Origin: Lama guanicoe
Taxonomy: Eukaryota
NCBI GenBank assembly: GCA_013239625.1
Contig: MU056050.1
Coordinates: 2,218,084-2,282,083, forward strand
Direction: 5' to 3'
Length of the DNA stretch: 64,000 nucleotides
The notes under the pieces were generated by a model, which saw only the letters and a list, made by a program, of their open reading frames with translations, did no database searches and was not told where the DNA came from. Shown here one piece after another: positions 1 through 14,320 of the stretch; positions within the stretch are counted from its first letter, which is position 1; each line of letters opens with the position of its first letter. The translations under genes and the position numbers were made by a program.

Positions 1-639
1 GCAGCCAGGGATCTGTGGTTCCCTGGGTTTCCTTGCAGGCAAGTCTCAAGCTGTGTGGAAAGGACACTCTCCAAGGAAGTAGAAGTTGGCCTGACAACTA
101 TGCACACAAGACACCTAATATCTGTCCCCAAGAGAAAGGAGAAAATGAGGCAAAAAAGACAAGCTAATAATAATGCCCTAGATTCTAATACTTATTCATC
201 ATTCTTTCAATAACTTTTTTGTTTTTAGCACATTCCCCCTGTGCCAAGCTCCAGGCTAAGCACTGAAGATCCATCTCTATAAACAAAATTAAATTTCTGC
301 CTTTTGCCAAATCACATGAAAATAACTAAATAGGCTTTTTCACTATATTTGGAAGTTATCTGGGGGAACAGATTGACTTAAAATATAAGCATCTCACAGA
401 ACTAGATGATCATCTCTCCAGGGCAGCTGATGGGGTTTATCTCTACGGAGCTACTTCCCAGCATGTGCTAATCTCCAGGTATGCTCCGTGGTAAATAACA
501 GTCCAGTTAATGATTCTCTATAACCTCAGTAGGAAGGTCAGCTGGGTGATGAATAAAACAGAAATGGCCTCTACCTTCTGGGAGCTCACAATCTAGTAGG
601 CAGTTGATTTTCAACACATGTTCACATACATTCCCATCT

Positions 640-820
640 TCTAGTCACACAACAATCCTGCCCTGCAACCACAACAGATATCATTACACCTACTTCAGAG
701 AGGAAAGACCTGAGAGGCAGGATGATGCTGTGACTTGCTGAAAGTCACTCAGCTCAGTGGGCATGAGCTAGAATTCTGAGTCCAGATTGATGCTCTGAGT
801 CCAGATTGGGTCCTCTGAGC
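640..820 (-). mobile_element. MIR fragment
   Basis: cagagaggaaagacctgag...tgacttgctgaaagtcactcagct resembles the MIR core. Confidence 0.55.
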
Positions 821-2384
821 ATTCCATCTCGGTGCCTTTTTGGTGTGAGTGTTCATAGAAACATGGGATGTTACACATGAGTCAAGCCTCCAGGGTAGCA
901 CATGTTAAGGCTTCTGTATCATCTCCTGGTTGATCTTTCTTTTAGTCCCCTGATGGATCAATTAGAAAAGGAAACCTATACATACTTTTATGTGACTTTT
1001 TCCCATGCCCTGACAATTTCAAAGGGATCCAAGATAAGAAAGCAAAGAAAAGGAAGACATCCAGAAAACAAGGATGAATGTCACAAACGCAGCAAACCTC
1101 TCGCATTCATGGCCCATTGTAGCTTCCGATATGACAAGGGTTATGTCATGATGTGACAAAAATGGGAAAGAACAAGAGAGAAGATGAAAATAATTTCTAG
1201 CTCCATGTCCACTGATGACTTTCTTGTTTTCCTTTGGGTAAGGGGCATTTGGGCTCAGTTTCCTCATCTATCAGGGGGATTACTCCCTGCTCTACCTTCT
1301 TTATGGGGTTGGTAAGAGGATCTCACAAAACGCTCTTTAACTGTATGAAAGGTTCTACAAATCCCAAGAGACTTTAGGAAAAGGACCCAGCAATAGGGCA
1401 ACTGAAGCATAAAGATTGTCCAAACAAGGCTCTGTGGAGATGGGAGGGAAGGGTACTTCTTGAAAATAAAATAAAATAACCTCTGCTTGCTCGATGGAAG
1501 AGAGGTGAGGGTTTGTTTTTTTTTTTCTGGCTTTGGGAGGAGAGAGAAAGCTCATTTATATCCTTCCCCCATCCTCCTGATCCCATTCCTACCCCTATAA
1601 TAAAATATGACTACTGACCTCATCTCTTAGTCAGTCTGTCTTCAGCCATACCTTTGTGGTCCGCAGATTCAACAACTTCAGCATGTGTAATTTAAAGCTG
1701 CCCTTGAAGACCACCTAGAAACTTCAGGTGCGTCCAAGGTGGCATGCAGGCCATCTGCCCAAAGTAACCAACCATATGGATTTCATTAGCCCATCTCTGT
1801 GAGTCTTCCCAGGTAACCTACTTGCTTTTGAGAGCATTTCACAGTTCAGAACACCTGGGTCAGGGGGTGGGCGTGGTTAAGTCTCCCTTCTCTTTGAGGC
1901 TGCCAACTCTCTCTGGCCACATCAGGATAATTAACATCACACAGGACTCCTAAATCTTTGTGAGAACTCTGAAAGTCTCTTCCCTTGAGGAACTCATTTC
2001 AGGACCTCACTTTCTTATCTGACAAACTCAAATCACCTAATAGCCTTCCAGTTGGAGTTAGACAGGGGCCCATCTGTTCAATTAGTCTTTCCTCAAGCTC
2101 ACCTGGCAAGTCTGCGCAGGTTGACTATTTACAATTCCCCTCCATTCTCATGAGAAGTGTAAATACTTGACCATAAGGATCAACTAAAATTTCAACTTAC
2201 TGAACCTCAACTAACACAAACATTCAATTAACTGGAATGTTTGGATGCATTCCACTTTTGAAAGGAAAAGGAAACTCACAGAAACAAAACCTTGATACGA
2301 ACTTTTTTTCAAAAAGTCTACTAGGTGATGCCCTGTGGTCAGTTTCATTCCAGTCTTCAGCATCCTCTACATTTGAAACCAGTG

Positions 2385-2810
2385 AGTAAAGAAATATTAA
2401 GTGTCTACAGTACCAAGTTAGGTACCAGAGATACAGTAGGGGAAACATGACAGAATCCCTACCCTCAGGGAGTTCACATTCTGTTGGAAAGAGACAAATA
2501 GTAAGCATGTAAGTAAATAGATGTATAAAGTCATTTCAGGTACCAATAAGTGCTCTGTGGTCTTATGATGGACAATGACTTAGAGAGGACTGTTTTAACC
2601 GGGAGCTTGGGGGGAAGGAGGTTCAGGCAAAGCCTCTTTAAAAAGATAATATTTAATTAAAGACCTGAAAGATAAGAGTTAGCCATGTGAAAATGTGATG
2701 GAAGGGCATTCCAAACAGAAAGAATGACATGTGCAAAAGTCCTGGGGGAGGAGAAATCCTGACATGTTTAAGGGACAGGAAGACCAATGTGGATTCCACG
2801 CCAGAGTTAT
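2385..2810 (-). mobile_element. L2 3' fragment
   Basis: ccctaccctcagggagttcacattct and gggcattccaaacaga...gtgcaaaagtcctg are typical L2 motifs. Confidence 0.65.
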
Positions 2811-3582
2811 AGTGATGGAGATTGTGTAAAGTGGTCAGGTTTAGGAGATAATTTGGAGATTGAGACAGAATTTGCATATGGATTGTGAGTAAATTTGTGA
2901 GCAAAGTGGAAGAGCTCAGATTTTTGGCTTTACTTTTCAGTGATCACTAATGAAATCTGTAAGTCCTATATTCTTTAAATGACCCAAGGATACTTGTAGT
3001 AATTGTAAACTGTAGTAACAAAATAAACTAAACTATAGTAACAAGGGCTGAAAAGGTATACTTACACTAGGATGGATTAGGAAATTTTTCAAAGTGGAAA
3101 AATAAGAAATCTTAAGGTTAATCATCAAAAGCTTTTAGAAGTCCAGAAGCCCCAAATGACTCATGCCTTTACTATCTCTTATTGCAGTCTTCTTAGAAGA
3201 TGGTTTTATGGTAGAGGTATATATTTTCACAGATGACTAACTCCATTTTGCAAAAACATAACTTTCTTTATATTCCTGTTACTGGCACCTCATTTTTGCC
3301 ACATGGCAGAAAAGATACACCCAGATAAATTCAGGCAAACTTAGTGATTTCCTAGTCATTTCAGGATTTTTCACTGCCACATTCTTGGAAGGACATCCAA
3401 GTCCCAGGGAGTTTACAGGGCGTCATGGCATCAGGGGCAGCCATCTAATCCCAGATCATCAGGATCACTTCCAGGCATCCACTGAGCTGTAGCACTCAGT
3501 TTGCTTGCCATCATCCCGGCCACAAGACCTCTGCAGACCTACATAACCCTGCACTGCTTTCAGCTCTGCTATCTAATCTCAA

Positions 3583-3614
3583 CCTCTCTCTCTCTCTCCC
3601 TCTCTCTCTCTCCC
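3583..3614. repeat. (CT)n microsatellite
   Basis: Visible CT dinucleotide run. Confidence 0.85.
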
Positions 3615-4129
3615 TGCATTGTTGTAGGGTTACTGGAATAGTCTCTTTCTCTCTTTCCCCCAGTCTGGAGACAGCTCTTTCCTACTGGAGACCTCACGTG
3701 GCCATTGCTCTTCCACAACACCAGCACAAGCTAGACGTGGGTTGTTCTCTTCAATGTATCATCCATACGCTACACCCTGGGAAATGAGGCCTCATTACTT
3801 TTGCCCTCGGAGTCCCATCATCCCTCCCTCATTTGGAGAGCAGTGGTGGGGGTGGTGGGGTGGAATAGGGCACAGAGATCTTTCTCAGAGATGTATAGCC
3901 CAGTCTGACTTCTCTTGTACTACTCTCTGCCTCAGATCTTACCTGGCCTCCAAGGATGGTTACTCTGGCTCTTGGTCCATCTGCTTTCTGATGTATTGAG
4001 CATGGCATCAACTTCATATTTCCCTTTAGGCCTTAGAATTTGAAAATTCAAAAACCTTTCTTTTTTATCAAGGTTCTTACTAATCTAAAACTTGACTTTC
4101 AAGATAGTGTTGTCTCTGCTATAACTTTT

Positions 4130-4760
4130 TAAAATAGTTTAATTAAGATATAATTCACCCATTTAAAATGTACAGTTCAATGAGTTTTGGTATATTACAT
4201 TATTAATTTTTAAAAATTATAATAAAATATATATAACATAAAATTTTCCATTTAACCATTTTAAATATGCAATTCAGTGACATTAATTACATCCGCAATG
4301 TTTTGCAACCAGCCACTGCCAGTTTCCAAAACACTTTGCTCACCTCAAACAGAAACTCTGTAACCATGCATTAAAGCTTCCCATCCCCTCCATGCCCTCA
4401 GCCCCCAGAAACCACTATTCTACTGTCCATTTCTATGAATCTGTACGAAATCATACAATATTTGTCTTTTTGTGTCTGGCTTATTTTACTTAGCACAATA
4501 TCTTCAGGGTTCATCCATGTAGCATATGAAAGGACTTCATTCCTTTTTATGACTGAATTTATCTATCTATCTATACCACATTTCGCTTATTCATTCATCT
4601 TTTAATGGACACAGGTTGTTTACACCTCTTGGCTATTGTAAATAATGCTGCAGTGAACATTGATGTGCAAACATCTGTTTAAGTTCCTGCTTTCAGTTCC
4701 TTTTGGTATATGCCTAGGAGTGGAATTGCTGGATCATATACCAGTTCTATTTTTTTCTGA
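4130..4760 (-). mobile_element. Old L1 (L1M-type) 3' fragment
   Basis: tgtgtctggcttattttacttagcacaata...ttcatccatgt...ggctattgtaaataatgctgc...ggagtggaattgctggatcata. Confidence 0.8.
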
Positions 4761-5368
4761 TGTAACTTTTTAAAAATATATTTTGAAACAAAAGATGAGA
4801 GCATTTTCTGTTCTATTTTCTTCCTGTTCCTGCTCAGACAATCCTAATCTCCTCTTAGATCACTGATGCCTCTACTCCAATAGGAAGGGGGTCACTGGGT
4901 ACCTAGTGCTAGGGGGAGAAATTTAGTTAATATCACGAAGTTTTATCTTGATATATGACTGAAGTTGAGGGGAAGGTGTGCATATGCATGTATGTGTTGG
5001 AAAAGACCTAAAGTCCTGTGTATACCATACACCACACATACGTACAGAGGGTCCTGCATATTTTAGCTAGTGATTTCAGCTTGTAACAAAATCTTAGGAA
5101 AGCATGCTTCCTCTTTTCTGTGCTTGAGCTGCAGTTCCGATGCCTAAGAAAGATTGCACTAGAATGCAGATGATGTATGGTAGAATGGAATTCATCACCC
5201 TCCTGTTCTAAATGGTTTAGAATGTTACATGTCTGAAGGGAGGGGCTTGGATAGATATAATCAATTGAATTTCTTTCCAGTTTTGATTGCAGCTATTTGT
5301 CTGTATGTTATCCTCAAAACTGATCTCCTATCTGCACACTCCCTAGTGCCCTGATAAAGAAATTCCTG

Positions 5369-5446
5369 GGGTGGTGGGTGTAGCTGAGTGGTAGAGTGCA
5401 TGCTGAGCATGCCCCAGGTCCTGGGTTCAATCCCCACTGCTTCTAT

Positions 5447-5482
<36 letters not shown>

Positions 5483-5517
5483 ATGCCCATATAGTACACC
5501 AAAAATTTATTTTTTAA
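5369..5517 (+). mobile_element. tRNA-derived SINE (camelid Vic-1-like)
   Basis: A box tagctgagtgg, B box ggttcaatccc, (AAAT)n tail. TSD aaagaaattcctg (5356-5368) / aaagatattcctg (5518-5530). Confidence 0.85.
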
Positions 5518-7039
5518 AAAGATATTCCTGAAAGTCGTTAGCTGCTATACCTAGAGGAATCTGCATTCCAGAATTAATTATTACTTCCCAATTTTATCAA
5601 AATTCATATGTGTTCACAGCCTGATTTATCAAATTCTCAATTTTTCTTCCTTTGAGTCTCTGGTCTGGGTTACAGACTATTTCTTGTATCATTCAGTAAT
5701 ATTGATTTTTCCAACTCACTAGGTAAAGAACTCTGTCTTAGACACTCTGGGAATGAATAGGAGATGCCTTCCAGACCCCTGAGTTCAGTATGCAGACAAC
5801 AAAGGAGGCAGGTGACTTAATCAGGAAAGGTTTCCAGAAAAGGAGGCATCTTAAAAATATTTGGAGAGAAAAGAGAATTCAAAAATAGTTCAAGAGATAT
5901 GAAAAAATATATTTGTGACCAAAACAACAACAACAAGACAGACCATGGCTTTATATCAGTCAGACTGTGGCCACTATTGACTGAAGAACAGTTAGTTCTC
6001 TCTAGTGTTCACACTAAGATTTGTTTGCACAAAGTAATGTATGTATATATATTTGGGAGGAGGGAATTTGTGATGGGAAAAACAGTTCTCAAGAAAAAAA
6101 AATTGCCTTGAAACAAGAATATCATAGTAGAAATCAATAGACTGCCAAGGGTAAATTGGAAATCATTGCTTGAGACCAAGATACTCAGAGCACTCTTATT
6201 TCTAGTTTCATAATTCACATCTTGCACGTGAAGATGAGGTTCATTAAAAAGAACTGCCAAGAACGCTTTCTCCAAAGAATATTTTGCTTTCTCTTAAATG
6301 AGTTTGAGGAACCAATGCTGAAAAGCAAAATCCATCTAATGCTTTGGCAAATAACATCAAGCTGAAATGAAAGAACCTTTCATGTTTAAAAACAACCTCA
6401 CTATATTGGACATTATTTCAGCCGAAATAAACAGCCCCTTTCCTGAATGTGATAGTATTAATAGGGTAATCATGAAGATAATCATATTAAAGCCCTTTTA
6501 CACAGAATTTTGAAGTTTGGTTTAAAAATATTTGTATCCTGCCCCTTTACACCAGACACACATACACACATGTAGACATGCATGTGCGCGCACACACAGA
6601 CACACACACATACCCCACAACTTGGATAGCTGTGATTAGCGAATAATTAAAATTTATTATATATGAAAGCATTGAGGAGTAAGCTGCTCTGTAGGCCAGA
6701 TCCTGAAGAACAATTTTGCTTTATTTTCTCAGCCTGGGGTGTTAGCCAGTTGTACAAACAAAAAGGCTGAGAATAGCATGGTCAATGCTTGAGGAGAAAT
6801 ATAAATAAATTCAAGGAGGCTTGGATCATTTCATGCCATATGGAGCCATAGATAGTTGTTAAGGTAAGGGACATCTCCAGATTTTAAGAATTGGCATCCA
6901 GACAACCATGCCTTCTCATAGTTCGCTATTGGTCTCGTCTTAAAACATTTCTATCTGAAACTGCCCAAAGAACTGACCTACAGGGAATGGTCTACATTTT
7001 TTTCAAGATTATTTCCCACATCACAAGAATTGAGACTAG

Positions 7040-7360
7040 CTAACCTGAAGAAAACATGCAGGAGTGAAATATATTAGGATTGTCTTCAAATATTTGAATG
7101 GTAGACATTTTAAAAGTGAACAGTACTTGTTCTGTGGGGCCCTGAGGGACAGAACAAAAATCCAAGCGTGGCTATTACAGGGATAGAGGTTTCAGCTCAT
7201 TGTCAAAAGAACATTCTAATAAAGGAATCCAAAAATAGATTGGGCTGTCTCCATGGATAGTGAGCTGTTCATCTTTGAAGGGCTATGGGCCAAGAATAGG
7301 CTAATGGCCACTTGTCAGAGATGGTGAATAGGGGACTCAATAATCTGATGAACGACTACA
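7040..7360 (+). mobile_element. CR1/L3 3' fragment
   Basis: gtcttcaaatatttgaatg...gaggtttcagctcattgtcaaaagaacattctaat...gggctgtctcc resembles the L3 3' end. Confidence 0.5.
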
Positions 7361-7366
7361 CTAGAC

Positions 7367-7535
7367 CAGTGTTTTCCACCACTGGTTGCATATAACACCA
7401 TTTGGGGAGCTACTTTAAAACAGAGATTATTGGTCCTCACACCTCCCCCTCTATGATGTTTATTCCATAGGTTCCAGTCATCTGCATTTTTAAATTGGCA
7501 CCCAAGTGATCCCAACACAGATGACTAAGAGCCAC
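7367..7535. mobile_element. MER5A-like hAT-Charlie DNA transposon
   Basis: cagtgttttccacc...catttggggagc...tctgcatttttaaa...cccaagtgat. Confidence 0.55.
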
Positions 7536-7619
7536 TCTTTGAAGGACAATCTGACTGTATAACATATAAGAGAATTTCTGCTTTGGTGATTTGGATTTGC
7601 TTTTTTTCTGTTAGTCCTA

Positions 7620-9750
7620 TGTGAAAGATGCAGGGAAGAGGCCGGAGGCTGGGCCTGTGGGACAGAGGAGTGTCAGTAGAGGTAGCTGGGACTTGCCTGG
7701 CAGGAAGCAGTAGCTTGAGAGGGATCACAGCTGACCGACGGAGTTGTAGCCCCCTCCTCTGAGTGTTCCTGTCAGCATGGGAGAGAAAGGAGAAACTTTC
7801 CTCTGATCAACAGGGACCAGCGGGAGATGACTGTTTCAGAGGCTGGAATCTGAGGTCGAGCTGGCACGGAGGCTTGAGGGTGCCCAAGTGCAGGGAAGCT
7901 CGAGCAACGGTATCAGGCTGGAGATGAGGGTCAGTAAAAGTCCATGAAAACTAAAAGTGAGAGTGAAATGAGACTGCAGGGGAATCACACCCAGAAGCCT
8001 TGAAATGTTCACCATTTTGACCTAACTTTTTCTCCTATGATCCACATGACACCCTTTCTTTTCCATTGCTCATTTACTGGATGGGGCTAGGTAACTAAGA
8101 CTGTGGTGTTAATGTCTTTATGGACCCTTCAGCAAGCCCCAAGATTCGAACTTCCTACCCTAGAGGACTGGAGGTGGCAAGGTCCAAGTGTTGGTTATCA
8201 GTGGAGATTTTCAATCAGTATGACCTAGGTTGTGGGTAAGAAGAATTTCTTAGGGAAAAAAAATGGGACAAAAGTAGTAGGCTAGGAGCTGGAAACGCCT
8301 ACCCTTTAGAGAGACGCTCTCTCCCACTTTCCTTTAACTGCCCTTACCTCCTTTTCTCTTTCCTTCTTTTACCTGCTGGGTATTGGGTGGTCAGGGCTGC
8401 TATATTATATGTGTTTTTACAGAAGCTTCAGAGAACCTCTTCCCTTGAATGTCCCTACCCGAAAGAATTTAGGTGAACATCCCTAGGTGCTAGTCAGCAT
8501 GGGAGAACAAAAGCAATGGAATCTGGAAAGAAATAGGGGCACAAGAAATTTCATAAAGAGAAGGAAAACAATGGGAAAGAAGGCAGAGATTTCCAAGTGA
8601 CAGAAGCTAGCCTACCAGCCCTTCCCCCAACTTTCCCCCATTTAACCTGCAGGGTCTCAAGTGGTCAGTGTTCTTACAGAGGCTTCAGGGAATCCCAAGC
8701 TTCAAAATCCCCCAGTCTAGAGGACAGTGGGTAGACAAACAGAAGAGCTGGCCTTCATGTGGGGAAGTTCAAATATTAAGATATGGTTGGAAGCTATGGG
8801 CAAGAGAAATGTCCTTTAAAACGAGAAGGGGCAGAGTTAGAAATTGCAACAAGAGCTTTGAACTCTTGGCCATTAACCAAAGCTCTGTCCTAACTATCAC
8901 ATTACCCCTCACTTCCTTCCCTCTTGGTCCTTTTCCATACCTTTTATTATGAGGCAGCTCTACTATGTTACTGTATTTCAGAGGCTTCAGGGATCCTCAC
9001 ACCTCCAAGTTCCCAACCTCGAGGACCTTAGCTGGGTAGACATGAACCTGGTCACCAGGAAGGGCTCAAAATGAAGAGGACATACATGTTATCGAGAAGA
9101 GGAAAATATTTTAAAACTGATACAGAAGGAAAAGACGAACCATTAGTCAGGAAATGTGTGCCCTTCATCAGGAAGTGCTTTTCTAATGGACCACTCCCTA
9201 CTCCTTACCCTGTTCCCTTGTCCTATTTTACCGGCGGGGACCAGGCATTGGGCAACCAATGCAATTGCATTCATTTCTTACCAAGGCATTAGGGAGACCA
9301 GGGGTTCAACCTTCCCCACGTAGGAGACTTGCTGCATGGCCAGCCCCAAGTACCCGTATGGCAGGGGGATGCCTCCTGGGAGTAAGTGGAGGTGATGGGT
9401 GAGGGGAATTTGAACTGGACCCCTCCTTTTAGTATCTCTACCAGGGAGGATTAGTGAGGGCTTATCTTATAAAAGAAAAAAAGAAAAGGGTGTTAGAGTA
9501 GATATTTATAACCAGACTGAAATGCAGGCTCTTTAGGGCTTAAAGAAGTGAGATTGCTGTGATCTTTTCTCCCTCCCTCCCTTTAGTTAATTCGACAATG
9601 TCATTGCCATGTTTACATGCTATGGGCATTAGGTAAACAGAAATGTGATGTACTAGGGTGGTAGTAGGAGTGTTCTGATTCCCGAGCAGGAGAAAAATGC
9701 TTCCCAGCCCAGAGGCCAGATTGCCCTGCCTTCATCCACATCATCAGTTG
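7620..9750. mobile_element. Probable ancient LTR-element remnant with internal ~300-bp diverged repeats
   Basis: Recurring motif (tt)cagaggcttcaggg...tagaggac at about 7835, 8127, 8426, 8683, 8985 and 9287. Family assignment is uncertain. Confidence 0.4.
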
Positions 9751-11544
9751 GGGGGCAGTTGGTCAATTTTCTAATCAGTGTGAGCCATGGGCATTGCTAA
9801 GACTCATACAGGGGTAAGCTAGCGTGGGGAACTGTCAACAAGCTAGGTAGCACATTCCCACCACAAACTGTTTACCATGCTGACGAGGACAAGAGGAACC
9901 GTTCCTTTTTTTCTAACCTCCTGTGGGGTGTGATCATCTCTCAAACAGAAGTGTGGATCCTGATTGCTACAGAAAAGAGAACTCTACCCTCCCCCTTGCT
10001 GAAGAGTAATTTCTCTCTCTTTTATGGAGACCAGATCACTTTTGGTAAGGCTAGTGTCCAATATTTTTCCACTCTGTTCCACTGGGACCCTTGCTGTTAC
10101 CATGGATACCTCTTCCAGTGGCCAGTGGCACTTAGGGGATGTAACACATTATCAGGACCTCCCACCTTGAATCACTTGGTACTGGCTTTTTTGTCTTCCC
10201 AGGCAATCATTGCACTTGCCCTTCTGCCAGTCCAGAGATTAACAAGGACTAGTTAAAACCATTTGTTATCTTTAAGGCTTCCCTTTTATTTCAAAACCCT
10301 TGGCTACAAAACACAGCTGGACCCTACCTTAAGTAATCCATATATCAGAAAATTCACAACTGATAAAAGCAATAAATAGTAATTACTCACATCAGAAACA
10401 TAGTCTTCCCTGGAAAACAGAGATCCCCTAGTGCATTTTGGTGTTTACAGATCATTAACTGCTTGTCAGAGAAACCTAAGAGGAGGGCTTTCAGAAATAA
10501 ACATAAAACAATCCAAGCATCGATAGAGAAATAAAATTTGATTTTCAAAAATGAATCTAATTCGTGACATAGCTTTTTCTAGGAATTTATCTGATACATA
10601 ATGGAAGGCATGCTCTTATGTAGGCAAAGCAGCACAAACCAGGGAAAGGAAAGTTCAGAGGCATCAGAAAACTTATTTATTGAGGTTTAGCCAATCTACA
10701 TAGGTATGGTTACAGCATTCCAGAAGTCTGGTAGCTAATCTTGGAGTCTCTCTTACAAACATCAGTCATTTTTTCAATATTCTGGGTCCATGTCTTCCTA
10801 ACACTGTACTACATATTCCACATTTCCCACATTGCCAAGACTGAGATGACGTATCTTAAAAGTTCTGCATTCCCTGATTTTGTGTTTAAAATTGTAACCT
10901 TGATGTTGCATTAATAGCCTATTTTGCATATCCGTTTGATTGCCCCATCTTAAAGATTCATTTAAACCTGGGGAGGACAGCATGACTCCTACCTGCTTCT
11001 CATTAATAACATACTTCTCCATGAGTGGATAATGAATGACCTGGATAGAAATCAGTAGAAATGCAGATTGCCGTTAGGTGGAGAAGGGGGCGGGAAATCC
11101 GCTTTGTCCACCAAACCAACAAGCAATTTCAAGGCAGAAGCTAAAGAAAGCAGGCTTCAAAGAGTGATAGCTGTCTAGGAGGGTTCTTAATTAAATATTC
11201 TGTTGTCTTTACATGTAGGACTGTGATGGAAAAGTCATTCTGATAGAAATTAAAATTTGCAAATGACTTTTAAAATCTTGGGTTAATAGAAATAAGCTAT
11301 TTAATTATAAAGAAGAAAACCAGATAACTCTTAGCCACAGATTATCCTAAGAGGCTCTGAAAAACTACAGGTCTGCATAAGCATTCTTAATTTGTTGAGG
11401 TAACTACCGGTGAGGATGGAGAGCAGGAAGTGGTGGACAGTAAGCATTGTAATTGGCAAAGGTCTGCCATCAGAGTTGCAATAGGAGACAAGTAGGAGAG
11501 TCTGAAAGGAAAGTACATAACTTTTTTAACCTGGAAATATTTTT

Positions 11545-11989
11545 TCTTTCTTTTTTTTAAACTGAAGTATAGTTGATTTACAATATTGTATTAGTTTTAG
11601 GTATACAGCATAGTGATTCAGTATTTTACTGATTACACTCCATTAACAGTTATTACAAGATAATGGCTATGACTCCCTGAGCTTATTCTTGTTGCTTATC
11701 TATCTTATACATAGTAGTCTGTTTCTCTCAATCCTATCCCCCCATCTTTTCCATCCCCTCTTCCCTCTCCCCACTGGTAAACACTACTTTGTTCTCTGTC
11801 TCTGTGAGTCTGTTTCTGTTTTGCATATACATTCACTTGTATTATTCTTTAGATTTCACATATAAGTGATATCACACAGCATTCGTCTTTCTGTCTGACT
11901 TACTTCACTAAGCATAATGTTCTCTAGGTCCATCCATGCTGCTAAAGATGGCAGAATTTCATTCTTTTTAATGGCTGGGTAGTATTCCC

Positions 11990-12023
<34 letters not shown>

Positions 12024-12150
12024 CACATCTTTATCCAGTCATCTGTTAATGGACACTTGGGTTGCTTCCATCTCTTGGCAACCGTAAATAGTGCTACTAT
12101 GAATATTGAGGTGCATGTATCTTTTCAAATGAGTGTTTTCATTTTCAAGG
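11545..12150 (-). mobile_element. L1 3' end with internal (TG)n at 11991-12021
   Basis: Poly-T then aactgaagtatagttgatttacaat...gatttcacatataagtgatatc...ttcacttaagcataatg...ggacacttgggttgcttcca. Confidence 0.85.
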
Positions 12151-13759
12151 AAAATACATAACTTTTTTTTAAAAAGTATTATTGGCCTACTTGCATTTTC
12201 TGAAATAGCAACAGATAATAAGAGTCTTGCTTGAGATATAGAGGGTTTGTTTTTCAAGTTACTATATTTCTTTTGTGATAAGGGCCTGGCACAGAAATGG
12301 GGACTTAAGAGAAATGCATTTCAAACTAATGCTACTAATAAGTTATCCCACAGACCACAGATTTCACAGGTCTTAGAAAATACATGAAATTTGGAAATGC
12401 AACCTAGGCTTTCCATTTCCCTTTATTCTTTTAAATCCTTTAGGATTCACCATGGCTTCCTCCTGGAGTTTGACTATTGATCTTTACTAAATAGAGGTGA
12501 TAACTATCAGAAACTCAAGTCAAATGAAATAATGGTTGATTAGGTTTACTTTAGAGAATTTTCATAATTCGGTTTTGTATCTGTGCAATGGTGGCAGTAA
12601 ATACACAGGCCTGAAAATAAAACAACCTAGTTTTCTAGATGACTTTTTAAAAACAGCAATAACAACTTTGCTGCAGCTCATGATTCTGTTTCCTGTGTTT
12701 TGATTTCTAATGAGGTTTGATTTACAAATCTGCAATGTGGCAGCACTGGCTTCAGTATGGGGCTTTTGGTATAGCTTGGTTCAAGCCCCTGATCACTGTA
12801 TGACAGTAACCAAGCTGAATGTCTGTAACATTCAACCTAATTCCCCCAATCTTACCTCCATACCAAGTGCTGATCCCATCTTTCTTTTGGTGACTTGGAA
12901 GAGGCAAATTTACAGCTGTGACCTTCATGTAAATATAACACAGTTTGAAAATGCTAGGCAAAGGCATTTGGAATGAGTACATAACGAAGTTATTTGGAAT
13001 TTTTAGAGGAAAGCATCTCTGGAGATCCTACCACTTTCAATTTTGATTATACTCAATCCTTCCACCCATCTATCAGAGCTGATACAGGGAAATACTGTTT
13101 TTCAAAAACTGAGGGAAATTGTGAATATTGTCACCTGCCTGCCCACCTCTGTTGGAATTCTTCCCTTGGAAAAGAGAATCAGAGAAAGGGGGTCCAAACA
13201 ATTTAATGTGGCAACTCATAGAGCCAGAAAGAGAAAAATCAGGCTGGGTGGAAATTTAAGGAGTACATTTTATTTTTTTTTCCACAAATATTTCCTTGCA
13301 TAATGATCTGCCCTTTTGAAGAAAAGTATGGTTCTCAAATAGCGGTAACAAGTACATTCTTTCATGGTATACCTAGACCCAGGAGTTCATTTGTTTTCAA
13401 TTTTACACAAATAGGGTAAATTTAAAGGAAACAGTTCCTGCGTACCCCCAAGGGATTTTTGCCGACGCAAATAATATAGCTTACCTTTCTCTAGAAAGGC
13501 CTTCCATAGACACAGGCTGAGTAAATGATTCCAGAAGTACATATTAGCCCTGAATAGGGCAGGAGTTATGCCCCCTCCTCCCCTGCCCCTCACTGTAGTC
13601 TATAGCCAACCCCTCCAACTGGTGCAGGCAGGACTTCCATTTAATGCAGTGATCACTTCCATCATCAGGGCAAACAAGAAAAATATTGTGAAGTAGACAA
13701 AGTACTTTGTGCCCCTTTGCTGCCTTTTAGTATCTCTCTGCCTTCTTCTTTACTTAAGC

Positions 13760-13955
13760 TGTAGACACATACTATCCAATACGGTGCCCAATACCCACAG
13801 GTGACTATTTAAATTTAAATTAATTAAAATTAAATTTAGAATTCTGTTGCTTGGTGGCACTAGCCACATTCCAAATATTCAACAGACGTGCATGGCTAGA
13901 AGCTACCATATAGGACAACACAGACATAGAATATTTCAGAAAATGCTATTGGATG
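13760..13955. mobile_element. MER3/MER33-like hAT-Charlie element
   Basis: ctatccaata...tgactatttaaatttaaattaattaaaattaaa...cactagccacattc...ctattgga. Confidence 0.65.
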
Positions 13956-14089
13956 GTCTTTCCAACTGTTAGTTCCTTTAGCTTCTTGGGCATAAGGACC
14001 ATCTCCTACAGCAGTCTTCCACAGTGCCTGATACAACTATTGAATGGGGAAGAAACTTAAGTAAGTTTCTAACTCAAGTTTCTTAACTA

Positions 14090-14320
14090 AGGAACTAAGT
14101 ATTTACTATGTCATCAAGAGCTATGCTAAATTCATTATAAGCAATCTCTCATTTCATCATTATGAGAACACTATGAGGTGGGTCCTATTACCGTCCTCAA
14201 TTTTCAGATGAGGAAACTGAGACTCAGTGAGGTTAAATGATTGGCCCAAAGTCACACAGCTAATAAGTACCAAAGCCAAGTCTTTATAATTTCAGGACCT
14301 ATGCTCTTAACCACTGCTCA
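14090..14320 (-). mobile_element. MIR
   Basis: cagatgaggaaactgagactcagtgaggttaaatgattggcccaaagtcacacagct. Confidence 0.85.

Noticed and set aside
773..820. Short tandem duplication ctgagtccagattg (also duplications near 49229 and 62164)
   Set aside because: Simple slippage duplications without unique spacers; not CRISPR-like and no sign of function.
9880..9910. CTGACGA followed by a short stem, resembling a hammerhead ribozyme core
   Set aside because: No GAAA after the stem and no stems I and III. The other CTGATGA hits I checked also lack the core.
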